The notes beneath the pieces are model-generated. The model saw only the letters and a list, made by a program, of their open reading frames with translations. It made no database searches and was not told the origin of the DNA. Of a stretch of DNA of 58,503 bases, positions 11,667-22,532 are shown piece by piece. The translations under genes were made by a program, and so were the position numbers. How positions within the stretch are numbered: the stretch's first letter is position 1; every line of letters begins with the position of its first letter. Source of the DNA: Candidatus Omnitrophota bacterium (lineage in GTDB: Bacteria > Omnitrophota > Gorgyraeia > Aquiviventales > Aquiviventaceae); NCBI GenBank assembly GCA_016190215.1, contig JACPRA010000024.1, positions 1 to 58,503 on the forward strand. The letters run 5' to 3'.

Positions 11667-13428
11667 AGCAGGCCTCGGGCCTGCAGGCCGCCACCCAGTG
11701 GATCGGCGAGGCCTGCCTCGCCCACTTCCGCCGGCGCTGCCGCATCGGGGCATTGGCTTCATAAAACGTGGGCGGCTCGTAGGTCCATCCGGCCTTGAGG
11801 CGCTGCGCTTCCTGCCGAAGCTTCGACCACACGAACCGCCCGGCGAGGGGTGCCACCAGCCGGGCCCTGAATCCGACTTCCCGCGTAATCTCCTCCAACA
11901 ACTCGGAGAGCTTGTGAGCCAGCTCCGGGTTCTGTTCCCTGAACCATCGCCTCGCCGCCCAGAGCGTGGCGGGAAACGTGACGACCAAATCGCGGGCCTC
12001 CCAGGCGAAGCGGTTCCGCACGCACGGATCCGGGTGGTAGCGATAGCGCCGCCATCCCGCCAGGACGGTCCGCGCGATGCGCAGGACGCTGGGGCCGTTG
12101 ACCTCGAAATCCCGCCGAAACGCCCTCAAGATCAGCTCAGCCTCCTGCCCCGGCGGAATATGCGGGTGCAGGTGCCGAAACATGGCCTGCCCGTGGATGT
12201 CCCCTTCGTGATACGTCCGGGGGTCCCGAAGGGTGTTGTTGGCCAGATGCTCCGCGTAAAGCGCGGTGCCGGGAATAGGCGTGTAGAGCATGAACTGGTG
12301 AAAGTCCGTGCTGTGGCTGATCGCGTGCTCGATGACCTCATTGATGTTGTCGGGGGTATGTTCCTCGAGGCCGATGATGCTGGAGCCGAGGATCCGGATG
12401 CCGTGCGACTGGAGGGTGCGCACCAGGACGCGGGTATCAATGCCCTCCAGCTTGACGTACTGGCTGTTCTTGCCTTCCAACCCCATCCACACCCATGAGA
12501 TGCCCAACCGCACCAATTGCTCGATGGGATAGGACTGCACCACGCGCGCCGAGCTGAAGACGTAGAGCGACCACGCCTTGCCGTGCTCCTCCATCAGCTC
12601 CAACAACCGCAGGGCGCGCTTTTTATGCAGGAGGACGTTCTCATCCATCACGAAGAACGAGCGCACCCCCATGCGCCGCTCGATGCCGCGCATGACGTGG
12701 AAGAGCTCATCGCCGGTTTCATAAAAATTAATGAATTTGCCCTTCCCCCCGAACATCGCGGAGGTCGCGCAGAAATTGCACCCCATGGGACAGCCGACGG
12801 AGGGGATCAGGGTCGCGGCCGCTTCCCGCCCGCTGTTCTTGACCTCAATCCCCATCGTCCGCGTGCCGATGGCGGAGCAAATCAAGGGATGGCGGATCGG
12901 CAAGGTGGCGTCCTCCCCGAGAAACCGCTGAAACCACCGCACGCCCTCGCCGCGGACGACATGGTCCGCCCCCGCCTGCTCCCGGAGCTTCGGCACGTTG
13001 GCGACATGGCCGCCCACGACGATGGTGGCGCGCGGCAGGTGCTCCCGCACCAGGGCGCACATCGTCTTGACCTTCTCGACATTCGGCACGATCGCGCTGA
13101 TCCCCACGACGTCATACTCGTGGCTCTTCAGCTCGCTGATAAAGCGATCCAGGGTGGGAAAATCCAGCAGGGTGCAGGGCGCGTTGATGTTGGTCTGGAT
13201 CAGCATCAGGCCCCAAGAGCGGTGGAACATGCGCAACGAGAACGGCCCCTCCGCGCGCGTCACCTGGTTCTGATAGAGCTCCATCGGGTTGATGGCCCGG
13301 CTGCCGTACTCATCATCCCGGGCATACGGTCCGAACACGCTCGTCAGCAGGACCGTAGCGCGCGAACCCAGCGGATGGGTGGGCGCGGACGGCTCGGTGA
13401 CGACCTGGGTGTCAACATCAGGGCTCAT
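11665..13428 (-). CDS. Cobalamin-binding radical SAM protein
   Basis: DVVGISA..IVVGGHVA..VVRGEG (B12-binding fold), GCPMGCNFC, FFVMDEN, YTPIPGTALY. Confidence 0.85.
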   Translation of the reverse strand: MSPDVDTQVVTEPSAPTHPLGSRATVLLTSVFGPYARDDEYGSRAINPMELYQNQVTRAEGPFSLRMFHRSWGLMLIQTNINAPCTLLDFPTLDRFISELKSHEYDVVGISAIVPNVEKVKTMCALVREHLPRATIVVGGHVANVPKLREQAGADHVVRGEGVRWFQRFLGEDATLPIRHPLICSAIGTRTMGIEVKNSGREAAATLIPSVGCPMGCNFCATSAMFGGKGKFINFYETGDELFHVMRGIERRMGVRSFFVMDENVLLHKKRALRLLELMEEHGKAWSLYVFSSARVVQSYPIEQLVRLGISWVWMGLEGKNSQYVKLEGIDTRVLVRTLQSHGIRILGSSIIGLEEHTPDNINEVIEHAISHSTDFHQFMLYTPIPGTALYAEHLANNTLRDPRTYHEGDIHGQAMFRHLHPHIPPGQEAELILRAFRRDFEVNGPSVLRIARTVLAGWRRYRYHPDPCVRNRFAWEARDLVVTFPATLWAARRWFREQNPELAHKLSELLEEITREVGFRARLVAPLAGRFVWSKLRQEAQRLKAGWTYEPPTFYEANAPMRQRRRKWARQASPIHWVAACRPEAC

Positions 13429-15500
13429 GCCATCTCCTCAGTGGTGAAGCCCGCCCGCGCCAACAGCCTGCGGAGGAGCTGTGAAAAGAACACCGCGGCA
13501 AAGGTCGAAAACAACGCCAGCTCCTGGAGGCCGTGGAACACCAAGCCGCTGACATCCACGCGATCCAGGCGCCCCCACTTCAGGGCTTGCGCCGAGCGGC
13601 GCCAAAAACGCTGGAGCGACGCCCGGGACCAGGTCAGCGACTGCGCGCAGGGATTCCACCGCTGCAGCCACAGCCACAGGCGGGTCGGGACGGCAAGACG
13701 CACGCAGGGGAGCGCGTGCGGGACCGCATCCCGCAGCGCCTGCGCGGCGCGGCGGTACGCCTGCTGGAGCTCGGACGCGCGCATCCGCCGCCATCCCCGG
13801 ACGCTGGAGGGAATCTGCTTCAACTCCCCGATCACGCGCTGCTCCATCAGCGACCTCGGCCGGGTTTGCAGCCAGACCTCTTCCATCTCGAACGCCAGCC
13901 GCGGCCATAACACCAGGTAGCGGCGGAGATCGCCCAGCCGGCGCCTGGCGTACTGCCATCGCGTCTCGATCGGGAGCCCCGGCCGGCGCACCAGCCGCTC
14001 TTTGAGGCGCACAAACCCATGGACCATGGGGTGGCCGCGCTCAACCATCGTGGCGTTCTTGTACCAAATGAAATTGGCGAAGACCGACCAGTAGTTCTCG
14101 GCGCTGACCCGCCGCAAAATGCGCTTCATGTTCTCCACGTGATAGAACGACGCCCAGGCCGCCTCATAGGCGCCCGTCCACTCGCGGCGCGACATGCGCG
14201 GGTGGTCCGTGGTCGCATGGAACGAGTCGTACCGGTTGAGGTCCGGGTCCAACGGCGCGCCCTGCTGGAGGAGCTCCACGTGGTCGCGCGAACCCGGCAG
14301 CGGGGTCAGCATGAAAAAGGAGGCTTGTTCCGGGCCCAACTCATCCGTCAGGCGCTGGATATCCGCTGTGACCGACGCCGAGGTATCAAAGGGAAACCCG
14401 ATGATGTAGGCGACATGGGTATTGATGCCCGCCTCCCGGTACGCGCTGATCAGCGCCTGGAAATCCGCGATCCGGTTTTGGCGCTTGCCGGCGGCTTCCA
14501 AGTTCTGCGGATTCAGGCTTTCCAAGCCGATGAACACCTGCGCGCAGCCGGCAGCCCTGGCTTTGGCGATGAAATTGGGCAGCTTGTACGACTGGGTGTC
14601 CGCTTGCACCATGAAGCCGATCCGGATGCCTTCGTCCTGCCGCAGCCGGATGAGGCCGTCGAGAATCGCTTCCCAGTATTTGTTGCGGCAAAAATTATCA
14701 TCCGTAAAGAAGTAGGCGGAGATGCCGCGCCGGTAGTTCGCGCGGATCGTCTCGAGAATCCAGCCGACGTCGCGGAACCGCATCGCGCGGCCCTGGACAT
14801 TGATGACGGTGCAGAAGGAGCAGTTGAAGGGACAGCCCCGGCCGCAATCGAGCGTGCCGAAATTCGGCGCGACGAACCGCCGCAGATAGCCCGGGACGAC
14901 CCGCGGCATGGGGGCGGCCTGCAGCGCAGGCGGCTGCAGGAGAAAATCATAGACCGGCTGCAGCCGGCCCGCGACGGCGTCCTGCAGGATGCCCTCCCAC
15001 CGCGCTTCGATCTCGCCCGCCACCACGCTGACCCCGGCGTCGAGCAACCGCTGGATTTCCGGGGGGATGCCGGGCAGCATCGCCAGCGACCCGCTGACGT
15101 GGAAACCGCCGATGAGCACATCAATGCCGGCCGCCCGGCATGCCAGGGCCAGATCGCCGGCCCGCGCGAATTGATTGCTCTGCACCCCCACGAGGCACAC
15201 CAGCGCTTTCGTGCCGCGCCGGCGGCCGGCCCGCAGGATGCCGCGGAGGTTGACCCGCTGGACGGTCTCATCAATCAGTTCGACGCGCCACTGCAGCCGG
15301 CGTCCCAACACCCCGCGCTCCCGCACGTCTTCCGTCAACCCATAGAGGCAGGAGAGGGTATTGCTGGGAAGCACGCCCCGCCAATAGCGGATGACGTAGC
15401 CGTCCTCGTCATAATTCGACGGCTTGATCAGATAGATGACCAGGCGCGTGATGGGACGCCGGCCGGGCGCGCGGCGAGCGCCGTGCACAGGAGGCGTCAT
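13425..15500 (-). CDS. Cobalamin-binding-like radical SAM protein
   Basis: [41 protein letters not shown]; start 15500 gives an ATGA overlap with fabB. Confidence 0.85.
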   Translation of the reverse strand: MTPPVHGARRAPGRRPITRLVIYLIKPSNYDEDGYVIRYWRGVLPSNTLSCLYGLTEDVRERGVLGRRLQWRVELIDETVQRVNLRGILRAGRRRGTKALVCLVGVQSNQFARAGDLALACRAAGIDVLIGGFHVSGSLAMLPGIPPEIQRLLDAGVSVVAGEIEARWEGILQDAVAGRLQPVYDFLLQPPALQAAPMPRVVPGYLRRFVAPNFGTLDCGRGCPFNCSFCTVINVQGRAMRFRDVGWILETIRANYRRGISAYFFTDDNFCRNKYWEAILDGLIRLRQDEGIRIGFMVQADTQSYKLPNFIAKARAAGCAQVFIGLESLNPQNLEAAGKRQNRIADFQALISAYREAGINTHVAYIIGFPFDTSASVTADIQRLTDELGPEQASFFMLTPLPGSRDHVELLQQGAPLDPDLNRYDSFHATTDHPRMSRREWTGAYEAAWASFYHVENMKRILRRVSAENYWSVFANFIWYKNATMVERGHPMVHGFVRLKERLVRRPGLPIETRWQYARRRLGDLRRYLVLWPRLAFEMEEVWLQTRPRSLMEQRVIGELKQIPSSVRGWRRMRASELQQAYRRAAQALRDAVPHALPCVRLAVPTRLWLWLQRWNPCAQSLTWSRASLQRFWRRSAQALKWGRLDRVDVSGLVFHGLQELALFSTFAAVFFSQLLRRLLARAGFTTEEMA

Positions 15501-16732
15501 GCGTCCGCTCCGCGCGCCGGATAGCGTTGAAACACCAGGCAGGCATTCGCGCCGCCGAACCCGAAGCTGTTCGACAGCACCGCCTGGAGGCGCGCATGGT
15601 CCTGACGCGCCGTCACAATCGGCATCCCCGACGCGCCGGGGTCCAACGTGTGGATATTGGCCGAGGCCGCGATGAAGTCGTGCTCGAGCATCAACAGACA
15701 ATAAATCGCTTCATGGACCCCTGCGGCGCCCAGCGAATGACCTGACAGCGACTTCGTGGAACTGATGGCCGGCACATCGCTGCCGAAGACTTCTGTGATC
15801 GCCCGCAGTTCGCACAGATCCCCAGCGGGCGTCCCGGTGCCGTGCGCGTTGATGTACTGCACCGGTCCCGTGACGGCGGCCAGCGCCTGCCGCATGCACC
15901 GCACCGCCCCGTCGCCTGATGGGGCCACCATGTCGCACCCATCCGAGGTGGCTCCATAGCCGATCAGCTCCGCAATGATCCGGGCCCCGCGGTTGCGGGC
16001 ATGCTCGAGCTCCTCCAACACCAGCGCCCCGCCGCCGCCGGCGATGACGAATCCGTCCCGGTGCGCGTCAAACGGACGCGAGGCGGTTGCCGGCGTCTCG
16101 TTGTGCGCGGAAGAGAGCGCGCCCATGGCATCGAAGAGCATGGCGAGCGTCCAGTGCTCCTCTTCCCCGCCCCCGGCGAACATGATGTCCTGCTGGCCCC
16201 ACTGGATATGCGCCATCGCGCTGCCGATGCAATGGGCGCTGGTCGCGCACGCGGAGCTGATCCCGTACCCCAGGCCTTGAATCTTGAATGCCGTGCTCAG
16301 ACACGCCGCCACGGTGCTGCTCATCGTGCGCGGGACCAAATAGGGGCTCACCCGCCGGATGCCGCCGCTCCGCAAGATGTCGGCCGCGCGCACGACATTC
16401 GCGGGAGACGCCCCGCCGGTGCCCATGATGAGGCCGGTGCGCGGATGGGACACGTCCTCAGCGCTCAAGCCGGCTTCCTCGATGGCCTGCCGCATGGCGA
16501 GATAGGCGAAGGCCGCGGCATCTCCCATGAACCGCCGGACCTTGCGATCAATCTGGGCTTCCACATCATCAATGTCCACGCTCCCGGCGACCTGGCTGCG
16601 CAGGCCATACTCGCGATACACGTCGTTAAAGCGGATCCCTGACCGGCCTTCTCGCAGCGACGCCAGCACCGTCGGCATGGTGTTGCCCAAGCAGGAGACG
16701 ATCCCCCGGCCGGTCACGACGACGCGTCTCAC
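15497..16732 (-). CDS. fabB: Beta-ketoacyl-ACP synthase I
   Basis: [54 protein letters not shown]; FabB-type signatures ([25 protein letters not shown]). Confidence 0.9.
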   Translation of the reverse strand: MRRVVVTGRGIVSCLGNTMPTVLASLREGRSGIRFNDVYREYGLRSQVAGSVDIDDVEAQIDRKVRRFMGDAAAFAYLAMRQAIEEAGLSAEDVSHPRTGLIMGTGGASPANVVRAADILRSGGIRRVSPYLVPRTMSSTVAACLSTAFKIQGLGYGISSACATSAHCIGSAMAHIQWGQQDIMFAGGGEEEHWTLAMLFDAMGALSSAHNETPATASRPFDAHRDGFVIAGGGGALVLEELEHARNRGARIIAELIGYGATSDGCDMVAPSGDGAVRCMRQALAAVTGPVQYINAHGTGTPAGDLCELRAITEVFGSDVPAISSTKSLSGHSLGAAGVHEAIYCLLMLEHDFIAASANIHTLDPGASGMPIVTARQDHARLQAVLSNSFGFGGANACLVFQRYPARGADA

Positions 16733-18174
16733 GACCGCTCCAGGACGGCGGCCCCGTCTCCGAGGAGGTACTGCACGACCTCCCGCGCCGTGTAGGAGGT
16801 CTTGCCGTCGTGGAGAAAATGACCCAGGCGCGTGACCTCATCTCCCGCCGTCACCAGCGGCCGCTCCACATAGCCGGTGCGCTGGCGCTGGGCCAAGCCG
16901 ATGGTCGCCAGGAGGCCGTTGCAGAGGCATTTACGGCCGATGGCGTCTTCCGGCTTGCCCCCTTTCTTGACATAGAGCTCCACCGGTTCCGCGGGACAAC
17001 GGTAGCCCAGCGAGCCGTCCGAGCGCTTGTACACGCTGCGCAGGTAGCCCAGGTCGCACAGCCGGGGCCGGTGGGCGTAGACGTCGGCCTCGGACAGCGT
17101 GCCCTCGACCGTCACCACCTTGAACGGAAACCCCGAGGCTGAGGCCAAGGGATCCGTGAAGACATCCACCTGCCCGCGGCGCGCCCGTTCCAGCACCGCC
17201 GCCTTCAGCTCCGGCGCCAGGCCGGATTCCTCGCTGAAGGCAAAGGCCGTGCCCACCTGGACCCCAGCCGCTCCCTTCGCCCGCGCGGCCCGAAGCCGGT
17301 CCGGATGGCCGTAGGAGCCTGCGAGCCAAAACGGCAGCCCCAGCGCGCGGATCTTCTCGAGATCCACGACGTCTTTGTCGCCGTAGACCGGCTCGCCCCG
17401 CGTATTAAGCTGCGGATCGCCGCGCGGCGGCGCATTGTGCCCTCCGGCCGTCGGCCCTTCGATGACGAAGCCATCCACGCGCCCCGTCGCCTTTTTCGCT
17501 AAGGTAAGGGCGAGGGTTGAGGAGGCGATGATCGCCAGGAACGCGGGCCGCCGCAGCGGAGGATGCGCAGCGGGCAGCACCAGCCTCGGGTCAAAGTGCA
17601 GCCGGTATTCATCGTCCCGACCGGCGCCTTCAACGTGCAGACGAATCGACACCGGCTCATGCCGCGCCAGCGAGTCCAGCGCTCCGGGAATCTCCCGCGG
17701 GATCCCCGCGCCCACCAAGACGTAGTCAACGCCGGCGAGTAACGCCCCGTAGAGGATGGGCAGCAGCGGCAGCTGAATCTTCTCAAGGAAGTTGATCCCC
17801 ACGAGGCCGGCGTGGCCTTCCTTCGCCAACCACACCTCCACGAACCCGGCGACCATGGCGAGTTCCTGTCGCGCGATGGTCGGCGAGGCGGTAAAGATGG
17901 GAACGCTCCGAAACGGCTGCTGCGGAGGCTTGCCGCCGGGCACGAAGTACGTCTCCAGCACGCGCGCGGCGGCCGCCGATGCCGGACAATGCGCCAAGGC
18001 CCGGCGCAGGTGGCCGGCGGGATCTCCGCACTGCAAGCGCCTGGCCAGGATGGCGTCCAAGGCCGTCCCCGAGACGACCCCCAACTGTCCCAGGCGAGAC
18101 ACCGCCCGGGCCAACGGCCAGCCTGAGACCCCGGCTCCCATCCCGCCCTGAATGATCAGCGGAGCGCCTCTCAT
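16729..18174 (-). CDS. Nitronate monooxygenase/FabK/FabX-superfamily FMN enzyme
   Basis: [38 protein letters not shown]; four C-terminal Cys. Confidence 0.8.
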   Translation of the reverse strand: MRGAPLIIQGGMGAGVSGWPLARAVSRLGQLGVVSGTALDAILARRLQCGDPAGHLRRALAHCPASAAAARVLETYFVPGGKPPQQPFRSVPIFTASPTIARQELAMVAGFVEVWLAKEGHAGLVGINFLEKIQLPLLPILYGALLAGVDYVLVGAGIPREIPGALDSLARHEPVSIRLHVEGAGRDDEYRLHFDPRLVLPAAHPPLRRPAFLAIIASSTLALTLAKKATGRVDGFVIEGPTAGGHNAPPRGDPQLNTRGEPVYGDKDVVDLEKIRALGLPFWLAGSYGHPDRLRAARAKGAAGVQVGTAFAFSEESGLAPELKAAVLERARRGQVDVFTDPLASASGFPFKVVTVEGTLSEADVYAHRPRLCDLGYLRSVYKRSDGSLGYRCPAEPVELYVKKGGKPEDAIGRKCLCNGLLATIGLAQRQRTGYVERPLVTAGDEVTRLGHFLHDGKTSYTAREVVQYLLGDGAAVLERS

Positions 18175-19367
18175 GGCGTGCGTGCTATTTCCTCATTGGT
18201 GAGGTAACAGGCGGGGTCCGGCGCCCACACATCGCCGGTCGCCTGCAGCGCGCGGACCCGGAACGATCCGCCGCACAGCGGCTTCCATCGGCAGGTGCCG
18301 CAGCGGCCCTTCAGCAGCGGCAGGCGGTTGCGCAATCCGGCCAGCACCGGGTCGCGGCTATCCGTCCAGATCGCGCTGAAGGGCCGCTCGCGGATGCTGC
18401 CGAGGGTGTGCGTCTGCCAGAACTGATCCGGGTGGACGTTGCCGCAGGCGTCAATGTTCGCAATACCGACGCCGGAGGAATAGGCCCCGCCCCCGTTCCA
18501 TTCGAGCAGTTGCCGCGCCGCTTCAGCGCGCGCCGGGTCTTCTTGGAGCAGCTTCAAATAGAGGTAGGCGCCGTCCACGTGGTTATCCACGGTCAGGATT
18601 TCCACCGGGCGTCCGCGCGAGGCGAGGGCGCGCGCCCACGCGCAAATGCGATCCAGCACGGCGCGGGTCTCCGCATGCGTGAGGTCATCATTCGCCAGGC
18701 GGCTGCCGCGTCCGGAGTAGACCAAGTGATAGAAGCACACCCGATCAATCCCTTCGCGCTCGACCAGCTCGCAGATCTCCGGCAGCGCCTCGAAGTTGCG
18801 CCGCGTCAGGGTCAAACGCAGGCCGACTTTCTGGTGGACGGCTTTCAGGTGGCGCACGCCGTTCAAGGCCGCGTCAAAGGCGCCGAGTTTGCCCCGGAAC
18901 TGGTCGTTGACCTTGCCAAGTCCGTCAAACGAAATCCCCACATAGCTAAACCCCACCTGCTTGATCCGTTCCGCCGTCGGGCGGTCAATCAGCGTGCCGT
19001 TGGTGGAGAGCGTCAGCCGCAATCCGCGCTGCTTCGCATAGTCGGCGAAGTCAAACACGTGGGGATGGGCCAGCGGCTCGCCGCCGGAGAGCAGCAGCGC
19101 CGGGATCTGAAACTGCGCCAGGTCCTCGATCATGCGCTTGGCTTCCTCCAAGGTCAGCTCGCCGGGGTAGACGCGGTTTTCGGAATCGGAGTAACAGTGC
19201 ACGCAGTGGAGATTGCAGCGGCGGCTGATCGTCCACACGACGATGGGTTTGCGCTCGCTTGCTGATCGCGCGACCGGCAACCCGTCCCCTGCCCCCCGCG
19301 CGCGGCCGTAGCGCAACGCATCGCTGAGGCTGTCCTGTCCGTTGTAGAGTTTGGTGACGTTAATCAT
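18171..19367 (-). CDS. ahbC: Radical SAM/SPASM AhbC/NirJ1-like (Fe-coproporphyrin synthase)
   Basis: MINVTKLY..DALRYGR..KPIVVW..RRCNLHCVHCY, CFYHLVYSGRG, TVDNHVDG, VHPDQFW, APDPACYL. Confidence 0.82.
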   Translation of the reverse strand: MINVTKLYNGQDSLSDALRYGRARGAGDGLPVARSASERKPIVVWTISRRCNLHCVHCYSDSENRVYPGELTLEEAKRMIEDLAQFQIPALLLSGGEPLAHPHVFDFADYAKQRGLRLTLSTNGTLIDRPTAERIKQVGFSYVGISFDGLGKVNDQFRGKLGAFDAALNGVRHLKAVHQKVGLRLTLTRRNFEALPEICELVEREGIDRVCFYHLVYSGRGSRLANDDLTHAETRAVLDRICAWARALASRGRPVEILTVDNHVDGAYLYLKLLQEDPARAEAARQLLEWNGGGAYSSGVGIANIDACGNVHPDQFWQTHTLGSIRERPFSAIWTDSRDPVLAGLRNRLPLLKGRCGTCRWKPLCGGSFRVRALQATGDVWAPDPACYLTNEEIARTP

Positions 19368-19376
19368 GTTGAGAGG

Positions 19377-19601
19377 TCATCCTGAAGTTGCTGCCGGCTC
19401 GCCCGGACGATGCTGCGTCAAAAAATCGTCGATCGCTTTCAGCACGAGACGGCTTTTCGGAAAGGACTCCCCGCGTTCCCAACGATTCAGCGTGGAGTAG
19501 GTCACGCCAAGATGGTAGGCACACACCTCTTCGGACCACCCGAGTCTGCGCCGGACGGCCTTCAGTTGATCAATCTTCCCCTGGACCGCTGTCGTATCCA
19601 T
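19377..19601 (-). CDS. XRE-family helix-turn-helix protein
   Basis: LKAVRRRLGWSEEVCAYHLGVTYSTLNRWERGESFP. Confidence 0.8.
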   Translation of the reverse strand: MDTTAVQGKIDQLKAVRRRLGWSEEVCAYHLGVTYSTLNRWERGESFPKSRLVLKAIDDFLTQHRPGEPAATSG

Positions 19602-19639
19602 CTGTGTGTCATATCCTATAGCAGATGCTGTAGGCTGTA

Positions 19640-19657
19640 CTATGACGGGCGTCATAG
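19640..19657. promoter_or_regulatory. Crp/Fnr-type palindromic site 1
   Basis: CTATGAC-GGGC-GTCATAG; TAGGAT lies 21 nt downstream on the minus strand. Confidence 0.8.
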
Positions 19658-19684
19658 AGCCGCTCTTGGACGGGTGCGAGCCGC

Positions 19685-20410
19685 TTAGGAAGCGAGGCGG
19701 GGGGTCCGCCGCACAAAAATCTCTTGGCCGGCCTGGTCATCGAGGGCCAGCTCGGTCTCGCCCACCCGCACCACCAGCGCCGGGTGCGTTTGGCACAACC
19801 GGATGGGCCGGCCCGGCGCCAGGCCGAAGGCGCTGAGGCGCTGAAGGTAGGCGTGCCGCACGGTATGGATAAACACAATCTGCGCGGTTTCGCCCAGCGG
19901 CAAGCGGGCGACGGGAACGACGAGGGGTTCCACCGTCGCGCGCGAGGCCTGGCAACAGCGGCTCCGGGGAATGGCGCGGCCATGCGGGCAGCTGGGAGGA
20001 TGGCTCAAGAACAGGCAGACCGCTTCGGTCACCTCGGCATTGAGGATATGCTCGACTTGGCAGGCGGTGGATTCCAGGGAGGCATCCGAGACATCGAGCA
20101 GCACGTGGAGGAGCACCTCGGTCAGGCGGTGGCGCCGGACCACCTCCTGGGCCTTGAGCCTCCCCGCCTCGCTCAATCGAATATGCGGCCCCTCCGCCAG
20201 CAGCAGCCCGTGCTGCACCATGGCCTCAATGGTGTCCTGCTGGACGGCATGGTCCGGCTCAATGGGATGCGGCAAAAAACACCGCAGCTGGGTCGGCAAT
20301 CGGGCGCGATCCAAGGGCTCCAACCCGTCTTCGGCCGCGGTCCAGCAGAGTTCCAGCAATTCTTCGATTTGCTCGCGCGTGCTCGTCATCATCGTGGCCG
20401 GCAGGCGCAC
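19685..20410 (-). CDS. DtxR/MntR-family metal-dependent regulator with C-terminal FeoA domain
   Basis: EVVRRHRLTEVLL, ACQVEH, HPPSCPHGRAIP, LQRLSAFGLAPGRPI. Confidence 0.88.
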   Translation of the reverse strand: MRLPATMMTSTREQIEELLELCWTAAEDGLEPLDRARLPTQLRCFLPHPIEPDHAVQQDTIEAMVQHGLLLAEGPHIRLSEAGRLKAQEVVRRHRLTEVLLHVLLDVSDASLESTACQVEHILNAEVTEAVCLFLSHPPSCPHGRAIPRSRCCQASRATVEPLVVPVARLPLGETAQIVFIHTVRHAYLQRLSAFGLAPGRPIRLCQTHPALVVRVGETELALDDQAGQEIFVRRTPRLAS

Positions 20411-20577
20411 GCCTGCCAGCGCTCCTTAAACCAATTGACCAGGCGCGATTCCGGCGCCCACTCGTATCCGCACTGCGGGCAACGGGCCAGGCGGCACCCG
20501 GACGCGAGGGGACATTGCCGGCAGGCCCACACGGGCTCCGTCCGGTCCCACCACGCGCCGCACAGCGGACAGTTCAT
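20389..20577 (-). CDS. Small Cys-rich FeoB-associated protein
   Basis: MNCPLCG..ACRQCPLASGCRLARCPQCGYEW; ATGA-coupled to feoB. Confidence 0.8.
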   Translation of the reverse strand: MNCPLCGAWWDRTEPVWACRQCPLASGCRLARCPQCGYEWAPESRLVNWFKERWQACACRPR

Positions 20578-22532
20578 AGCGCCACCTTGAGGGCGGAGAG
20601 CACGCGAAACAGCAACCCGCCGACCAGAAACGCCACCCCGAACACAAACCCGGCCATGAGGTTGGCGAGCTTCCAGCCCCGTTCTTTGACCATCATGAAG
20701 TACTGGGCGATGCACGGAACGAAGAGCGTGATCGTGACGAGACTGACGACGATCTGGACCCCGTCCAACATCCCGTTCCGCTGCAGCATAAAGAGCCCTG
20801 CCGCGCCGAAATCCCGCCGGAGAAATCCCACCAGAAACGCGCCGGTGGCTTGGGCCGGCAACCCCAGCCACGACACGATCAGCGGCCGCCCCAGGCGTTC
20901 GAGCACCGCCAGGAGCCCGGAGGCATGGAGCAGAAACAACGCCAGCGTCCCGAGGAAAAACAGCGGGACCGCCTCTTTCACGTACCACTCCACCCGGCCC
21001 GCCGTCTTGATGAGGATGTTCGACGCTTTCGGCATGCGCAGCGGCGGGATCTCATAGAGAAACGGGCTGGCGTCGCCCGGCAGGAGCCGTGAAGCGGCTT
21101 GGCCGACCACCAGGATCACCGCGAACAAGACGCCGAGCCAGATGCCCAGCGCCAGCAGCGGGCGGCCGGCCAGCATCGCCATGATGACGCCTAATTGGGC
21201 GGAACAGGGGATGCCCAGCGCCAGCAGGAGCGTCACAATCACCCGCTCTCGCTCCGAATCGAGGATGCGAGAGGTCATCGTGGCCATCGTGTCGCATCCG
21301 AATCCCAGCACCAGCGGCAGGACCGCCTTGCCGTTCAAGCCAAGCAGCCGGCAGAACCGGTTGGCCATCACCGACAGCCGCGGAAGGTAGCCGACATCCT
21401 CGAGGAATCCGAAGCAGAGAAAAAACATCCCCACGATGGGCAGGATGATCGCAAAAGCATACGGAAGCGCCATCGTCAGCAATCCATATTCACCGACGAA
21501 GAGCGCCTGAAGCCACGGCCACGGGACCAGCCCGTGGACCATCCACTGGGCCGCGGGAATGAGGTAATGCCCGAACACTCGCTCCTCAAGGAAATCCACC
21601 CCGTGTTGGGCCGCGAGATCTCCAACCAGGACATACATGAGGGCCAACACGCCGGCCAGGATGGGCAGCCCCCAGAGCGGGTGCATGGCCAGATCACCCA
21701 ACGGCTTGAGCCGCGGCAGATGCGCCGACTCCTCAGCGGTCACAACGCGGTTCACGAGCCGCTGGGCCTCGCGAAGCCTGGCGTGGGCAATGAGCCTGCC
21801 CAACCGGCTTGAGACCTGCTCTTGAGCCTGCGCGGTGATGGCCTCGAGCGCTTCGACGCTCGCGGGGTCAAGCCGCGGCTTCAACTGCTCGAGGATGTTC
21901 CGATCCCCGGCCAGCCAGAGGAGCGCGAACGCCTTGCGGGCAGGCCACGCCTCCGGCAAGACGCGCAGCATCCGGGACACGGCGTCCTTGATGACGCTCG
22001 GGTAGCGCACGCTAGCCCGAGGCCGGCACGCGTCGGGAAGCGCCCGACGCAACCGCTCCAGGCCCCATCGCTGCGTCGCAATGGTCGCCGCGACGGGAAT
22101 CCCGAGCAGCCCGCGGAGCCCCTCGAGATCAATCGCCATCCGCCGTTCCCGAGCCTCATCCGCCATATTCAGGTCCAACACCATCCGGCATCCGGCCTCA
22201 GCCAACTCCAGCGTCAGCGTCAGGGCGCGCAGCAGGTTCTTGGCATCGGCAACCTGCAGGACGATGGCGTGGTCATCCAGCAGGAGATTGCGCGCCACGA
22301 GCTCGTCTTCTGAGGACACCTGGAGGCTGTTCAAGCCGGGGGTATCGCAGACGCGGAAGGTCCGGCCCTCCACGGAGGCCGAGCTTCGTGACACCGTGAC
22401 GGTCGTGCCGGGGTAATTTGAGACGGTGGCGTAGCAGCCGGTGAGCAATTGAAAGATGACGCTTTTCCCAACGTTGGGATTGCCGGTCACAATGAGGGTC
22501 GCGGCGTCCTCTACCGTGGCAGGAATCGTCAC
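20574..22532 (-). CDS. feoB: Ferrous iron transporter B
   Basis: GNPNVGKS, NYPGTTV, DTPG, NMADE, GFGC, IPCSAQLG. Confidence 0.95.
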   Translation of the reverse strand: MTIPATVEDAATLIVTGNPNVGKSVIFQLLTGCYATVSNYPGTTVTVSRSSASVEGRTFRVCDTPGLNSLQVSSEDELVARNLLLDDHAIVLQVADAKNLLRALTLTLELAEAGCRMVLDLNMADEARERRMAIDLEGLRGLLGIPVAATIATQRWGLERLRRALPDACRPRASVRYPSVIKDAVSRMLRVLPEAWPARKAFALLWLAGDRNILEQLKPRLDPASVEALEAITAQAQEQVSSRLGRLIAHARLREAQRLVNRVVTAEESAHLPRLKPLGDLAMHPLWGLPILAGVLALMYVLVGDLAAQHGVDFLEERVFGHYLIPAAQWMVHGLVPWPWLQALFVGEYGLLTMALPYAFAIILPIVGMFFLCFGFLEDVGYLPRLSVMANRFCRLLGLNGKAVLPLVLGFGCDTMATMTSRILDSERERVIVTLLLALGIPCSAQLGVIMAMLAGRPLLALGIWLGVLFAVILVVGQAASRLLPGDASPFLYEIPPLRMPKASNILIKTAGRVEWYVKEAVPLFFLGTLALFLLHASGLLAVLERLGRPLIVSWLGLPAQATGAFLVGFLRRDFGAAGLFMLQRNGMLDGVQIVVSLVTITLFVPCIAQYFMMVKERGWKLANLMAGFVFGVAFLVGGLLFRVLSALKVAL

